Positions 1 to 10,888 of a stretch of DNA of 64,000 nt are shown piece by piece. Every line of letters starts with the position of its first letter. Position 1 is the stretch's first letter. The notes under the pieces are model-generated. The model was not told the DNA's origin. It searched no databases and saw only the letters and a list, made by a program, of their open reading frames with translations. The DNA lies in contig OZ241362.1 of the NCBI GenBank assembly GCA_965200315.1, forward strand, positions 1,920,001-1,984,000, given 5' to 3'. Both the position numbers and the translations under genes were made by a program. This DNA is from Candidatus Latescibacterota bacterium. GTDB lineage: Bacteria; Latescibacterota; UBA2968; UBA8231.

Positions 1-2115
1 CGTAGTGGTACGTGCCCTTCCACAACCCATCGCGGCCGTTGAAGTTGTGCCGATGCGTCTCCAGCGAGCTGAAGGGCTGGCCGTTAATCTCGCCCGACTC
101 GTTGTCGTACGCAGCGACATAGTAATAATAGGTAAACCCAAAGGTCACCAAGTCGCTATTATCGGCAAATTTGTACTTGAACACGTCGCTGTCCGGCCCG
201 TCGTTGAGGTAGTTGCCCAACTCGCTTGCGGGCACGTGGGCGATCAGTCGATAAGGCCCCCACGCCGCTGGCTCCTGGGGCTTGTAGGAGCCAGAGCTGA
301 TGTTGGGGTTGTTGTCGGCACCAAAGGCGGCCAGTTGCGCGTCCGTGGGATTGACCTCGGCCTGCTCGTGGTAGCGGTCGATAATCCGCAGGCCGACGTC
401 GAGCGAATTGACCCGTGGGAACAGCGTCGAGCGATAGACCTTGTAGCCAGCAAAATCAGATGCCGCTTCGGCGCGGTCGTCCCACTTGACATCGACTTTG
501 ACATCCGTGTTGGGTGCGATTTCTATGTGGGGTGTTGGCGGCGGCGAGGGGGCCTCAAAGTTGTTGTCATAGACCCACTGCGCCGTGCTACGTGCAGCGC
601 GAGCACCGTGCAAACGGAACCCCGCGTACTCCACGAGCACCAAGTTGATGGTCTCACCCACCTCCAAGGAAAACGGGCCGATGCCCACCTGCAACATGCC
701 GTCGAAATTGTGGTCAATCGCGTAGCCCTGCGTCCACGCCCAATCGGGCTGGTCGTCCAGCGGACGGCTCGGATCGACCTCCCAGTTTTGGATGAAGGTG
801 TTGTTGTATTTCATGTCGCCCAATGGCTGGCCGCGCTCGGCTGCGGGGCGCACCGCATTGACGAACGACAGCGGGTCACCAGGGACGATGTCTGGATGAT
901 TGGGATCGAACCAGTTGGGATCGGGCACCAAGCTGCTCTCGTTCTGAATAGCGGCCCCCTTGTCCCAAGCGCGGCTACCGTTTTGCTCGCCGTCGAAAAA
1001 CGCAGCCATCGCGTAGATGTGGTTCTCGCGTGGATTGCGGAAGCCACCGTCGTCTTTGAGTACCGAGGTGAACCAACCGCGCTCGGCATCTACGCCAACC
1101 GGGTGGCTGTCGTAGATGGTGCGCTTGTCCTCCGCGCTGGCGCTACTGCCGCTTTCTGGCAACGCGCCCTGTTTGGCGGCGATCCACTGCATTCCATTGT
1201 AGATGTCGTAGTAGTATCCCCGACTCCGCATGGTAACGCCCAACAGGCGCACTCCATCGGCGGACCAGCCGCTCGGCGAACCAAAGACCGGATGCGGCTC
1301 GCCGAGCGTACTCGGCGACGGGCCAGTAAACACCACCGGCACATCCCACGGAGCACCATCGACGTCGGGCGTGGCGTCGTACCCAGAAGTCGGGCCAGTA
1401 AACCACCCCGAAGCACCGCGCCGACCGTGGTTGCGGTTAGTCATGGAATTGATCGGCTCGTTTTGCAGATGCAGCGTGAGCGCGTGGATGCGGTTGTCGG
1501 TCTTTTCGGCCGTGCCGTCGCCATCGGCGTCGAGTACGCCCGTATTGGTCAATTCCAACTCAATGACTATGAAGTCGTTGAGGTTGCCGTGATTGGCAGC
1601 AAACTGCCGCATCCGCCAGCGCACATCAACGCCGAGGTTGGTCGGCATCGCGCCCTCGTAGCGCATTTCATTGCGGTCGTCATCAACCCAGTAGGCACCG
1701 GGGCTGGTAAAGTTGCGCGCCGCATCGCCAGCACCAGCCAAATTGCTGGTGTAGAAGCCGTGCAAGTACTGCTTGGCCCGAGGCGCATTGCTGTCCGTGG
1801 TGATATTGATCTCTTCGGGGCTGTATTCCGCCATCTGCAAATCTTGGCCCCAAGGCAGGTGCAGATTCTCGCCGCCCGGATAAGTCTGGGTCGGCGTCGT
1901 CCACTGGCGATCCCAGTTGCCGACGCGGAGAGAGTAAAGCGGGCGGTCGGATCGTCATCGGTTTCGCGATACCAAGAGCCGGCGTTGCTGGGGAAGAAGG
2001 AGTCCCATAGATCGCCAGCCGTGAACACGCCGCCTTCTTGCGCGGCGATCGTCCCAGCCGTGGCGACCACCAACACAGTCGCCAGCCGGGACGCAATTTT
2101 CATGCGTTTAATCAT
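1..2115 (-). CDS. Large secreted protein downstream of the TonB receptor, FN3-like C-terminal region; frameshifted at ~1928-1934 and runs off the left edge
   Basis: GGAGG RBS, then ATG at 2115 and a signal peptide (MIKRMKIASRLATVLVVATAGTIAAQ). After ...DDDPTARFTL the protein-like sequence continues in another frame (RVGNWDRQWTTPTQTYPGG...PPPPTPHIEI...FAGYKVYRST...YYYYVAAYD). That frame is the exact antisense of the + strand ORF 5..2146. Confidence 0.75.
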
Positions 2116-2129
2116 CTTAATTGTTCCTC

Positions 2130-5100
2130 CTAGAAATCCACGGTGACGCCGAAATTGGCCATGCGCGGGATGTCGTAAATCGCCTGACTCTGGCCGGTGA
2201 AGGCCCGGTTGAGGTTGCCCGTCGGGTCTCCTTCTTCCTCCCACTTGGCGGTAGAGGCGATGTTGCGATTGTCCCACGTAAGGATGTTCTCGCGCGCGAA
2301 AACATTGCGCATCTCAAAGAAGGCCCCTAGCGACAAGCCGCCCAATGCAAGGCCGCGGTGGAGCCGCAGATCCGTGCGCATATTCCAAGGGGCCTGCCGG
2401 GTCTCGCGCTCGCGCGGGTCTTCCGTGGTGGCCGTTACATTGTAGTTGAAGCCGCTTTCAGCCGTCGAGATCAAGGTCAAACCAACCTCTGCTGGCAACT
2501 CGGCCAACAGGGTAACGGCGATGCGGTGGGCCCGGTCGTAGCCAGAGACCAGAGGATTGCCACCGCCGTTGACATTGGCCTCGTACGTGTTGAACCGCTC
2601 CTTGTTGGCCAGCGCCGTCTCTAAGGCTTGGACATCGGTTGCAGCGTTGACCGAAAACGAATTTTTGTCTGGGAAAGGCGTTGAGTTGTTGCCGTTGCGC
2701 GATGCCTTGATATAGCTGTACGCGTAGTTGACGCGGCCGTTGATCTTGCTCTGCGACCGGCGCTCCACTCCAAACTCAATGCCGCGGCTGTCGGCGTACC
2801 CACCGCTGGTATTGATACTGTAGTTGGCAAAGCCAGCGTCGGCCGGGCTGATGGTAAAGCCGAGTCGCCCGTAGTTTTCGATGTCGCGGTAATAGGCCGT
2901 AACGTCGAACAAGTACTCGGGCGCGAAGCTGTACTGTAGGCCCATCTCGTACGCCGTGGCCGTCGTCGGATCGGCCTCGACATCGGGCACGTTCGGCCAC
3001 GCTGGGTTGGTGAAGCTGTCGTAGTCCTCATAGAGGTACGAAAACGACGGCGGCGAGTAGAACTTGCCCCACGAGTAGTGCATGGCGGCCTGCTCGCTGA
3101 TCGGATGCGAGATACCCAACCTCGGCTGCAAGTACCAGCGCGTTTCAACCGCCCCACTGCGAATCGGGGTGCGGTAGGTATGGGTCTGGCCGCTTTCGTA
3201 GGTGTACTCGGCCTCTTCGGACGGGCGGAAAAAATCGGCGAGTTGCTCGGCGTCTGCGTTGAAGCTGTCGAGCCTCAAGCCGGCGTTTAGGATGATGCCC
3301 TCGTACTCAATTTTGTCCTGCACGTAAAAAGCCAATTCGCTCGGGCTTCGCTCGTATTCGGAAATCTCGTACGGCAGGTTGGAATAGCCCACCGTAATCT
3401 GCGTCCGCTGCATGAGCTTCAAGACCGTATGGCTGCGGAGCAGCAAACCGGCCTTGAGCTGGTGGTGGTAGTTGTACTGATGGGTGATGTCGGCCTTGAG
3501 CTGCGTCACGTCGCGGTTGAGCTCCTCAAAGTAGAAGCCCGCCTGCGCCAAGCGGTACTGATTGTCGCCAAAGGGCAGGTCGAAGTTGCGCGAATTACCG
3601 GGGTTGGTGGTAAAAAAGGTAAAGTTTCCGTCGGCATCGGCCCCAGAGCCGTCAACACCTAGGTACTTTTCCGACTCTTCGGTGCTGTCGATGAAGATGA
3701 AGTCGCCGCTTTCGTCGGCATCGACGATGCCGTCGCCGTTGTCGTCGGAATAGCCGAATTTGCTCATGCGCGTAACCTGCGAGAGCTTGACCTCGTAGAA
3801 GGTGTTGTTAGAAAGCGAGTGGCTCATCCCCAGATAGGCCATCGTTCCCAGCTTCTTGTTGCCCAAAGCCCCCTCGGGGAAATAGGCGTAGCGACCGCTG
3901 AAGTTGCGATTGACCCAACCTCCCAACTCGCCACCGTCGTCGATCATCACGTTGCCGGTCAGCTTGATATTCTGACTGAGCCGATTCGTCAGCTTGAGCG
4001 AGTAGCGCTGCGAGCGGTTGAGCATGTTGGGGAGGAGTCCCTCGTCGTTGAGATGGCGCGTGGTCAAGTAGAAATGGGTGCGCGGCAACAGCTTACCCCC
4101 CAGCGAAAGTTCTATCTCAGTGGAGGGACTATCGCCGTAGGTAACTTGCTCGGGGTCGAAAATGTAGTAATTCTCGGCCTTGGCCTTGTCGGCCTCGTCT
4201 TCGGAGGCCAGCAAGTCGTCGCGCGACTGCAGGTAGCGGTCGAAATAGGTCGTCTCATCAACCGTGCCGTCGTCGGCTGGCTCGGGATTGACCAGCCCAG
4301 CATAGACATCCGGCCCGGCGTTTTTATAGCCGCTAACACCGCGACGGACAAACAGCCGTCCCTCTAACTTGTCGCCGCCTTCGCGCGTTACTACGTTGAC
4401 GATGCCAGCACTAGCCGCGTCGTACTCGGCGTTGAAGGTGCCGGCGATAATGTCCAGCGACTGCACGTTGCTGGCATTGACGCCAACCGAGGTAAACTCG
4501 CCGTCCGAGGTGCGATTGACATCTACGTAGGGGTTCCAAGTGACTAGACCTTCGCCCGCGCGGAAATACGTATCCGACACATCGATCCCATCGACGAGCA
4601 CCTTGGCTTCAGCCTTGCGCCCGCCGCGGATATAGCCGCGGAACACGCTCGGCGTCGTGTTAACCAAGTCCTGCAAATCGGCCACCGGCATGGTGTTGTT
4701 GAGCTCGGCGCGACCGATCGTCGCCCGGCTGGTCGTCAGCGAGTGCTCGACCAACGGTGCCTCGGCAACCACCGTTATGGCCTCGCCTTCAATCGCCTCG
4801 GCCTTCAGGTCAAAATCGACCGTCGTCGTCAGGTCCAAGCGGACCTCGATCTGGGTCTGGCGCACCGTTTGGTGCCCTATGTAACTAGATTCGACCGAGT
4901 ACGTGCCGGGTGGAATATTGAGCAGAAAATAGCGGCCCATATCGTCGGCTGTAGTGCCGACCCGCTCGCCACCCACTTCGGCGACAACATTGGCCCCGGG
5001 CAATGCCTGCCCGGAATCGTCTTGTACTACGCCGGCAATTTTGCCGTTGCCAGCAAACGCCGGCAGGGCGAGCAGGGCGCAAAACAGCACCGCGCCTAGT

Positions 5101-5132
5101 GCCGCCGGCCACTTCCTCCTCTCAACGTGCAT
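2130..5132 (-). CDS. TonB-dependent outer membrane receptor with N-terminal carboxypeptidase-regulatory-like domain
   Basis: AGGAGG RBS before ATG 5132. Signal peptide ...PAFA, GKIAGVV...LPGANV...GTYSVESSYIG, plug motif IRGG...VLVDGI...GTFNAEY...GIVNVVT, C-terminal barrel strand ending in F (FGVTVDF). Confidence 0.93.
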   Translation of the reverse strand: MHVERRKWPAALGAVLFCALLALPAFAGNGKIAGVVQDDSGQALPGANVVAEVGGERVGTTADDMGRYFLLNIPPGTYSVESSYIGHQTVRQTQIEVRLDLTTTVDFDLKAEAIEGEAITVVAEAPLVEHSLTTSRATIGRAELNNTMPVADLQDLVNTTPSVFRGYIRGGRKAEAKVLVDGIDVSDTYFRAGEGLVTWNPYVDVNRTSDGEFTSVGVNASNVQSLDIIAGTFNAEYDAASAGIVNVVTREGGDKLEGRLFVRRGVSGYKNAGPDVYAGLVNPEPADDGTVDETTYFDRYLQSRDDLLASEDEADKAKAENYYIFDPEQVTYGDSPSTEIELSLGGKLLPRTHFYLTTRHLNDEGLLPNMLNRSQRYSLKLTNRLSQNIKLTGNVMIDDGGELGGWVNRNFSGRYAYFPEGALGNKKLGTMAYLGMSHSLSNNTFYEVKLSQVTRMSKFGYSDDNGDGIVDADESGDFIFIDSTEESEKYLGVDGSGADADGNFTFFTTNPGNSRNFDLPFGDNQYRLAQAGFYFEELNRDVTQLKADITHQYNYHHQLKAGLLLRSHTVLKLMQRTQITVGYSNLPYEISEYERSPSELAFYVQDKIEYEGIILNAGLRLDSFNADAEQLADFFRPSEEAEYTYESGQTHTYRTPIRSGAVETRWYLQPRLGISHPISEQAAMHYSWGKFYSPPSFSYLYEDYDSFTNPAWPNVPDVEADPTTATAYEMGLQYSFAPEYLFDVTAYYRDIENYGRLGFTISPADAGFANYSINTSGGYADSRGIEFGVERRSQSKINGRVNYAYSYIKASRNGNNSTPFPDKNSFSVNAATDVQALETALANKERFNTYEANVNGGGNPLVSGYDRAHRIAVTLLAELPAEVGLTLISTAESGFNYNVTATTEDPRERETRQAPWNMRTDLRLHRGLALGGLSLGAFFEMRNVFARENILTWDNRNIASTAKWEEEGDPTGNLNRAFTGQSQAIYDIPRMANFGVTVDF

Positions 5133-5161
5133 GAGTGCCTCCTGTAACATGCTAGTAGAGT

Positions 5162-5208
5162 AAAATCTAGCGCACTTGCCGCAAGTTTTGCACAAGTGCG
5201 CTAGGAAA
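5162..5208 (-). terminator. Hairpin: probable intrinsic terminator/attenuator or operator upstream of the TonB receptor
   Basis: Perfect 12-bp inverted repeat CTAGCGCACTTG (5167-5178) / CAAGTGCGCTAG (5193-5204), followed by ATTTT on the minus strand. Confidence 0.5.
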
Positions 5209-5284
5209 AGAATCAATAGAAGAAATTCATGCCGCTTCGTCAATAATAAACAAGAGTTAGACGCTCGGGTCGGAATTCGACCGC

Positions 5285-6379
5285 CTACTGCCCCTCCCGC
5301 CAAGCGACCAACGGATGCTCCCGCCGCTGCATGGGAAATTCCACCCGCCCCCCGGTTATCTCGGCTTCGTAAGCCCCCAAGATCATCTCCAAGGCTGCCA
5401 CCGCGTCGCGCGCACTCGACAGGGGCTCGCGGTCGGTTTCGGCCGCGTCGATCAAATCGGCGACCGCCAGATCGTTGCCCGTGCTCAGAGATTCGTCCTC
5501 CACCTCGTCTAAGGGAACCCACTGCTGGCTCGCAGCGGCGGGATCAAACACCGGATGCGGATAGAGCATCGCCAGACCGCTGCCACCACCGCGCAGCGCA
5601 ATCACGCCCTCGCTGCCCTCGATCTCCATACCCATTCGCGCACCCCCACCAGCGACGTATTTCCGCGAATCAAAAAAGCCGGCCACCCCGCTCTTGAAGG
5701 CGAAGTAGCTGTTGATGCAATCGCCAGCGATGGGCCCCACCGGCTCGGTCGCCTCGCGCACGTCTTCGACTGTTAGTGCGCGGCCTTCGTGCTCAATGTG
5801 CGCCGTCATCCACGCCACGTCGCCGACAAACAAGCGCATCATATTGAACAGATGCGTCCCCAGCACGATCATGTCCTCGCCGCCGCCGCGCCGATCTTGT
5901 TTGCCGTGGGCGCGAATGGCCTGCACCGCGCCGATCCGCCCCTGCGCCAACACCTCCTTGACGTGCCGGATGCGCGGCAGGTACGCCCCCTGATGCGCCA
6001 CTGCGACCTTGCGCCCGGTTGCCTCGGCCTTAGCTACAATCTGGTCGCCATCGGCCAAGTTCCAAGTCATGGGCTTTTCGCAGTACACGTGCGCCCCCAC
6101 CTCTAAGCAGGCCAGCACCATCTCCAAGTGGCAATCGGTCCAGCGCGGGCCAACCGTCACCACCGCCGGCTGCTCGGCCTCTAGCATCTCGCGCCAGTCG
6201 GCGTACGCGCGCGGAGCCGCCAATTCCGCCTGCTTAGCCTGCCGTTCTTGCGAGTCCTCATCGGCGACGGCCACCACCTCAACGCGCGGGTGATTCTTCA
6301 GACCCAAGTGCAACCCGTGTCCCCAATTGCCCTTGCCTGTGCGGCCGATAGCGACCGCTCGGTACATATTGTCGCTCAT
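5285..6379 (-). CDS. Gfo/Idh/MocA family oxidoreductase
   Basis: Rossmann start YRAVAIG, HVYCEKPM motif, GTH catalytic region; AAGGAG RBS before ATG 6379. Confidence 0.92.
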   Translation of the reverse strand: MSDNMYRAVAIGRTGKGNWGHGLHLGLKNHPRVEVVAVADEDSQERQAKQAELAAPRAYADWREMLEAEQPAVVTVGPRWTDCHLEMVLACLEVGAHVYCEKPMTWNLADGDQIVAKAEATGRKVAVAHQGAYLPRIRHVKEVLAQGRIGAVQAIRAHGKQDRRGGGEDMIVLGTHLFNMMRLFVGDVAWMTAHIEHEGRALTVEDVREATEPVGPIAGDCINSYFAFKSGVAGFFDSRKYVAGGGARMGMEIEGSEGVIALRGGGSGLAMLYPHPVFDPAAASQQWVPLDEVEDESLSTGNDLAVADLIDAAETDREPLSSARDAVAALEMILGAYEAEITGGRVEFPMQRREHPLVAWREGQ

Positions 6380-6502
6380 ACTGCGCTCCTTTGAGTTAGG
6401 TTCGTGGGATATATAGAAGCTATCGCTGGGGTGCGTCAATCGCGGCGGACTCTTGCGCCGGTTATGCTATAGTCGTAAATCCTGTATAGAGGAGAACACA
6501 AC

Positions 6503-7168
6503 ATGGCCCTTTTAACCGATGAAGAATTATTGGAGACACTCGAAACGCAATTGCCGGCACTGCTCAGACGGCACCCAGAGTTGGAGCAGCGCGTCTATAT
6601 GGCGTTCATCGAAACGTTTGCCACCAAGAAGGAAGTGGCGGCCGTGCTTTCTGAATTGCATGCCTTTCGCGGCGAGTTCAACCAGTTCCGCTCGGAGGTC
6701 GATGAACGCTTTGAAAAAGTCGATGACCAGCTTGACCAGCTAAACCACCAGATGACCGATGTAAAAGATAGGAGCGATAAACTCGCTTTGGCGGTCGGGG
6801 GGTTCCAGCGGCGGGCGGGCCGGAAGCTCGAAGACGTGGTAGCCGGTGCGCTGCGCTTCGGTCTGAAGCGGCAAGACGTGTCCGCAGACAACGTGCGGCT
6901 GCGGCAGCGGCTGGAAGATGTAGAAGGGGTGATAGGGCCGGCGGGACGAACCTATGAAGTCGATATTCTGATCGACAACAGCTCGCTGCTGGTCTTTGAG
7001 GTGAAGTCGGCCGCGTGTAAGGTCGAAGAGGTGGATCGGTTTGCCGACAAGGTGGAATTGGTGCGGCGGCAGCATCCCGACAAAGCCGTCGAGGGCGCCC
7101 TCATTAGCTTGGAACCGGCCGATACCGTGAAAGCGCATTGTGCTGAACGGGGTATCCAAATCATCTGA
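6503..7168 (+). CDS. Coiled-coil plus PD-(D/E)XK nuclease-like domain protein (DUF3782-like)
   Basis: GAGGAG RBS; heptad region EVDERFEKVDDQLDQL; C-terminal EVDILID...VFEVKS motif. Confidence 0.7.
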   Translation: MALLTDEELLETLETQLPALLRRHPELEQRVYMAFIETFATKKEVAAVLSELHAFRGEFNQFRSEVDERFEKVDDQLDQLNHQMTDVKDRSDKLALAVGGFQRRAGRKLEDVVAGALRFGLKRQDVSADNVRLRQRLEDVEGVIGPAGRTYEVDILIDNSSLLVFEVKSAACKVEEVDRFADKVELVRRQHPDKAVEGALISLEPADTVKAHCAERGIQII

Positions 7169-7179
7169 ACCGCGGCTGT

Positions 7180-9123
7180 TCACCGCACCCCCACGTACAC
7201 CACATTCCCCACCTCCCCAAGGCAAAAGTCAATCACCATCCACATAGCTGCGCCTAGGAGTTGTCCGGCGATCAGTCCGGCGAAGAGCGGCTTGTAGGTG
7301 AGGTAGCCGCGCGTACCAGTGAATTTGAATATCACGGCCTTGCACAACCAGCCCAAAAACACCGAAAACCACGCCACGCCCATGACCCAACTATCGCTCA
7401 CCGGCAGGCCGATGTAGTGCAGCGGCCACCACGGGAAGTGGTGCTGCATGTAAATCAGCCCGCCCATCAAGGCCGCACCCACGCCTGTAAACAGCAGTCG
7501 CGGGCGAATGTGATCCCAACCGATGGGATTGTGAATTTTGTCCTCCAAAAAGCGATAGGCCAGCGTCGGCACCCCGAATTGGCGCAGGTTGATCCCACCG
7601 TGCGTGTAGTTCAAATAGAGGGTGATCCAAAAGGCCCCCATCATGCCGACGACGACCGCGATGACCAACCCCCAAAACAGGCGGCGGTGCTGCGCACCGT
7701 GCCTGTGCGCCAGCTTGAGCGCGTTGGCCGTGGAAGCCATTACCGTAGTGCGCATTTCAGCGGCCCACGAATAGCTCAAGCTAATCGACGCCACCCCCTT
7801 CCAGCCGATGACATCCGTGCCCAAGGTATAGACCGTAAAGGGCTGCGGCAGCATAGTCGAAGAGGTAAAACCCACGCCGCCTTGGGCGATGACCCGCGCA
7901 ATGGCCAAGAAAATGGCAAACGCCCCGCAAAAAAACACCACGGCCGCCACCGGGGGCACCCCACTCAACATCAGCCAACCGGAAAAGTAAGCCGCGCAGA
8001 CAATCCACAGCCACACAGCCGCCCGATAGGAGAGAATTTCGTCGCCGTCGTCGGCTGACACGCCGCGCTTAAACGCCGCGCTGAACACTTGGCGCAAGTG
8101 CCCCCGCGCCGTCCACAAAATCGCTGCCACCAACACCAACATCGCCCCCATCCCCTGATGCGACAGGGCCACTGAAGAACCCGTCAGTGCCTCATTGTGT
8201 CCTTTGACCTCAAAGCCGACGATGTTGAAAACCCCGGTCTGGCAGCGGCTCAACAAGTGGAAAAACCACACCGAGAAGGCCACGTTGAGATTGAGGAAGT
8301 ACGCCACGCCAATAATGGCAAAATTGACGAAGATGTGCAGCCGTACGCTGTCGCGGAACAGCATCAGCGGGTCGAACACCAACTGCACTTCGGGCACAAA
8401 AAAGAAGTAGTGGTTCAGCCCGTCGAGCACTTGGATGGCAAAGGGCAGCGCAAACCCGACCCACATCAGGGGGTTGCGAAACAACGGCGGAAAAATGCTC
8501 TCGTCGTTGCCGCGCAGCATTTCCAAGGGCACCTGCGCCAGCGGAAAGACCAGCCGCTCCTGTTCGACCCAAGGCCGACGGAAGACGACCATAGTGGCGA
8601 TCATCAGCAAGTAAACCGCCAGCATCGCGCTGCCCCACGCCATAAGCGGCACCAGCCAAGCGCCCCACGGAATGCCCATCCCCGCGGGCAGCCCTTCGTA
8701 AAAGAAACGCACGGCCTCGGCTTCGTGCGGCGCAAGCCAAGAGGGTATCAGCGGTTGAATCAGCTCGGTCCAGCGGTTTTCTGGCGTGGCGTAGTAGAAG
8801 GGGCGGGTGAGGATGTGGCACAGATTGGTCACCAATCCCCACGTGGGAATCGCCGACGCCACTACCATCATCGCGTACACGACCACCAACTCGCTCGTGC
8901 GCAGTGCCCAAGCCCTGATGGTGGCTTTCAACAGGGGGTTGACCAGCCCGACGATAACCAAAAAGACCATCATCGCGCCGGCCGCGATGTAATCCGAAGT
9001 CAGGCCGGCGTTTTGCAGGACGAGGACCGAGTAGGGACAAGCTAGGTTCAAGAAGAGCGCCGCACCCGCACCCAATACGAGGGCGCGCCGCGTCACCTCC
9101 AAACCAGTTCGCTCCGTTTGCAT
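7180..9123 (-). CDS. Polytopic membrane protein, DUF6785/DUF6784 (OPT-like putative transporter) family
   Basis: About 16 TM segments; motifs ELVVVYAMM, YYATPENRW, RRPWVEQERLVFPL, WWPLHYIG. The start may be 9174. Confidence 0.75.
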   Translation of the reverse strand: MQTERTGLEVTRRALVLGAGAALFLNLACPYSVLVLQNAGLTSDYIAAGAMMVFLVIVGLVNPLLKATIRAWALRTSELVVVYAMMVVASAIPTWGLVTNLCHILTRPFYYATPENRWTELIQPLIPSWLAPHEAEAVRFFYEGLPAGMGIPWGAWLVPLMAWGSAMLAVYLLMIATMVVFRRPWVEQERLVFPLAQVPLEMLRGNDESIFPPLFRNPLMWVGFALPFAIQVLDGLNHYFFFVPEVQLVFDPLMLFRDSVRLHIFVNFAIIGVAYFLNLNVAFSVWFFHLLSRCQTGVFNIVGFEVKGHNEALTGSSVALSHQGMGAMLVLVAAILWTARGHLRQVFSAAFKRGVSADDGDEILSYRAAVWLWIVCAAYFSGWLMLSGVPPVAAVVFFCGAFAIFLAIARVIAQGGVGFTSSTMLPQPFTVYTLGTDVIGWKGVASISLSYSWAAEMRTTVMASTANALKLAHRHGAQHRRLFWGLVIAVVVGMMGAFWITLYLNYTHGGINLRQFGVPTLAYRFLEDKIHNPIGWDHIRPRLLFTGVGAALMGGLIYMQHHFPWWPLHYIGLPVSDSWVMGVAWFSVFLGWLCKAVIFKFTGTRGYLTYKPLFAGLIAGQLLGAAMWMVIDFCLGEVGNVVYVGVR

Positions 9124-9332
9124 GGCCGCAAAATAGCCGCTGGCTCGAGCGGCGGCAACCGCAGCACGGCTCATTGCCGCGCTCCAGCTCTGCCGTTAGT
9201 TTGAAGAATAAATCGAGCACATATTACACCTAATTCCCCTCCGCGCTCTGCGAGTAGCCATGCTCTACTGTACTGCCTTTTGCCAGCCGCATTCTTGGCC
9301 CTGTACCTTTGTGATGTAGGATAGGAGCACCT

Positions 9333-10049
9333 GTGCGCAAACCCCCGTACACGGCAGCAGACTTCAAGGCCAGCAAACCCGAGGTCATGGGGCTAGTCGA
9401 AGTCCTGTTCAACCGCCGCCTCTCCACCCTGTTCACCCGCCTGTTGGTCCGCACTCCACTCAGCCCCAATCAAGTAACGATCCTTTCCTTTCTCGTCATC
9501 CTGCCCGGTGTGTACCTGCTCTCCACGGGCGAGCGCATCGCCCTCATCGGAGCCGGCCTCCTCATCCAACTATCCTTTACGCTCGATTGCTGCGACGGCG
9601 AACTCGCTCGTTTGCGCGGCCTCAGTTCGCCATTTGGTGCTTGGCTCGACGGCCTACTCGACCGCATCGCCGAACTAATGCTCTGCCTCGCGTTGGGACG
9701 GGCATTGGAGCGCCAAAGTGACGATCCGCACGCCTACCTCTATTCCTTTGTCGTCTTCGCTGCGTTAGCCATGACCCACATCGCCACCCTGATGAACGCC
9801 ACGGCTTTTGGCAAGGGGCAGCTAGCGGAGTCTGCCAGCAGCGGCCTGCTTGGTCGCTTGGCCGGCTTGTTGCGCGTTCCCCCGCTGAAATTGCGCAACT
9901 ATCTGCGCAGCGGCATCGACGTCTATTTGATGGTTTTCGCCTTGGGCGCGGTGTTTGACCACCTCATGGGGGTCGTCTATTATTTCGCCATCGTGCAAAA
10001 CCTATATTGGCTGGCCATCGTCTTAATGGTGATTAAAGAGAAAAAGTAA
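9333..10049 (+). CDS. CDP-alcohol phosphatidyltransferase family protein
   Basis: SPNQVT plus signature DCCDGELAR...SPFGAWLDGLLDR. Confidence 0.92.
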   Translation: MRKPPYTAADFKASKPEVMGLVEVLFNRRLSTLFTRLLVRTPLSPNQVTILSFLVILPGVYLLSTGERIALIGAGLLIQLSFTLDCCDGELARLRGLSSPFGAWLDGLLDRIAELMLCLALGRALERQSDDPHAYLYSFVVFAALAMTHIATLMNATAFGKGQLAESASSGLLGRLAGLLRVPPLKLRNYLRSGIDVYLMVFALGAVFDHLMGVVYYFAIVQNLYWLAIVLMVIKEKK

Positions 10050-10063
10050 CTGGAGAGATTTTT

Positions 10064-10888
10064 ATGGAGCCCAGCCCAGCCGCTGAGATACTCGCCGTCC
10101 TTGGGTCCATTAAAGAGAGCTGCTTCCAAGTGCTGCCCAAGTTGGTCGTCTCCCTAGTCGTAGTGTTCGTGGGGTGGCTGGTGGCGTGGTCGCTCCGCAC
10201 GCTCGTGCGCCGAGTGGTCGCGCGTTTTTCCAAGCGGATTGCCGCGGGTGCTTGGCAACGGGCCTTAGCCGACAAGGGACTCGGGCGCATCGTCTCGATC
10301 AGCATCTACTGGCTCGTCTTGTTGGTCGCAATCACAGTGGCGAGCGAAGTCGTCGGCCTGCCGGTTTTGACCACTTATCTGGCCGCTCTAGCACACTACC
10401 TGCCTAGGGTCATCGCGGCGGTTGCGGTCTTATTCGTCGGTGTCGTCGGAGGTCGCCTCGTCAGCAATGCGGCAATGAGTACGGCCTTTCGCTTGCTGCC
10501 GCATCAGGGGCAGCAGTTGGCCCGCATCGTCCAAGGCGTCATCGTCGGCGCAGCCATCCTCGTGGCGATCAAGCAACTCGGAGTAGATGTATCGCTGCTG
10601 ACGAACATCTTTTTGATCGTGCTCGCCGCACTCCTCGCGGGCGCGGCCTTTGCATTTGGGCTGGGTGCCCGCAGCGTTGTGGCCAACATTCTCGCCATGC
10701 ACTACGTCAACAAATCCTACGACGTGGGTCAGCGCATTCGCCTCGGCGACGACAACGGGCGCATCGTGCGGACGACCTCCACCACCGTTTTCGTCGAGCA
10801 TCACGAGGGCGAGTTGGGCATCCCCGGCCAGCAGTTCTTCGAGGAACGCTGCCTCCTCGTAGGCAAGGGAGAGTCCGGTGAATCTTGA
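10064..10888 (+). CDS. Small-conductance mechanosensitive channel-like (MscS/CmpX TM-helix) protein
   Basis: LPKLVVSLVVVFVGWLVA TM repeats, AFAFGLGAR..ANI, YDVGQRIRLG. Confidence 0.8.
   Translation: MEPSPAAEILAVLGSIKESCFQVLPKLVVSLVVVFVGWLVAWSLRTLVRRVVARFSKRIAAGAWQRALADKGLGRIVSISIYWLVLLVAITVASEVVGLPVLTTYLAALAHYLPRVIAAVAVLFVGVVGGRLVSNAAMSTAFRLLPHQGQQLARIVQGVIVGAAILVAIKQLGVDVSLLTNIFLIVLAALLAGAAFAFGLGARSVVANILAMHYVNKSYDVGQRIRLGDDNGRIVRTTSTTVFVEHHEGELGIPGQQFFEERCLLVGKGESGES

Noticed and set aside
5-2146. 713-aa + strand ORF
   Set aside because: Codon-aligned antisense shadow of the real minus-strand gene; V/R/A-rich with no motifs.
5133-5522. N-terminal extensions in the ORF track (TonB receptor; likewise 41803-42201)
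   Set aside because: They overlap neighbouring genes; RBS and signal or motif evidence support the downstream starts.
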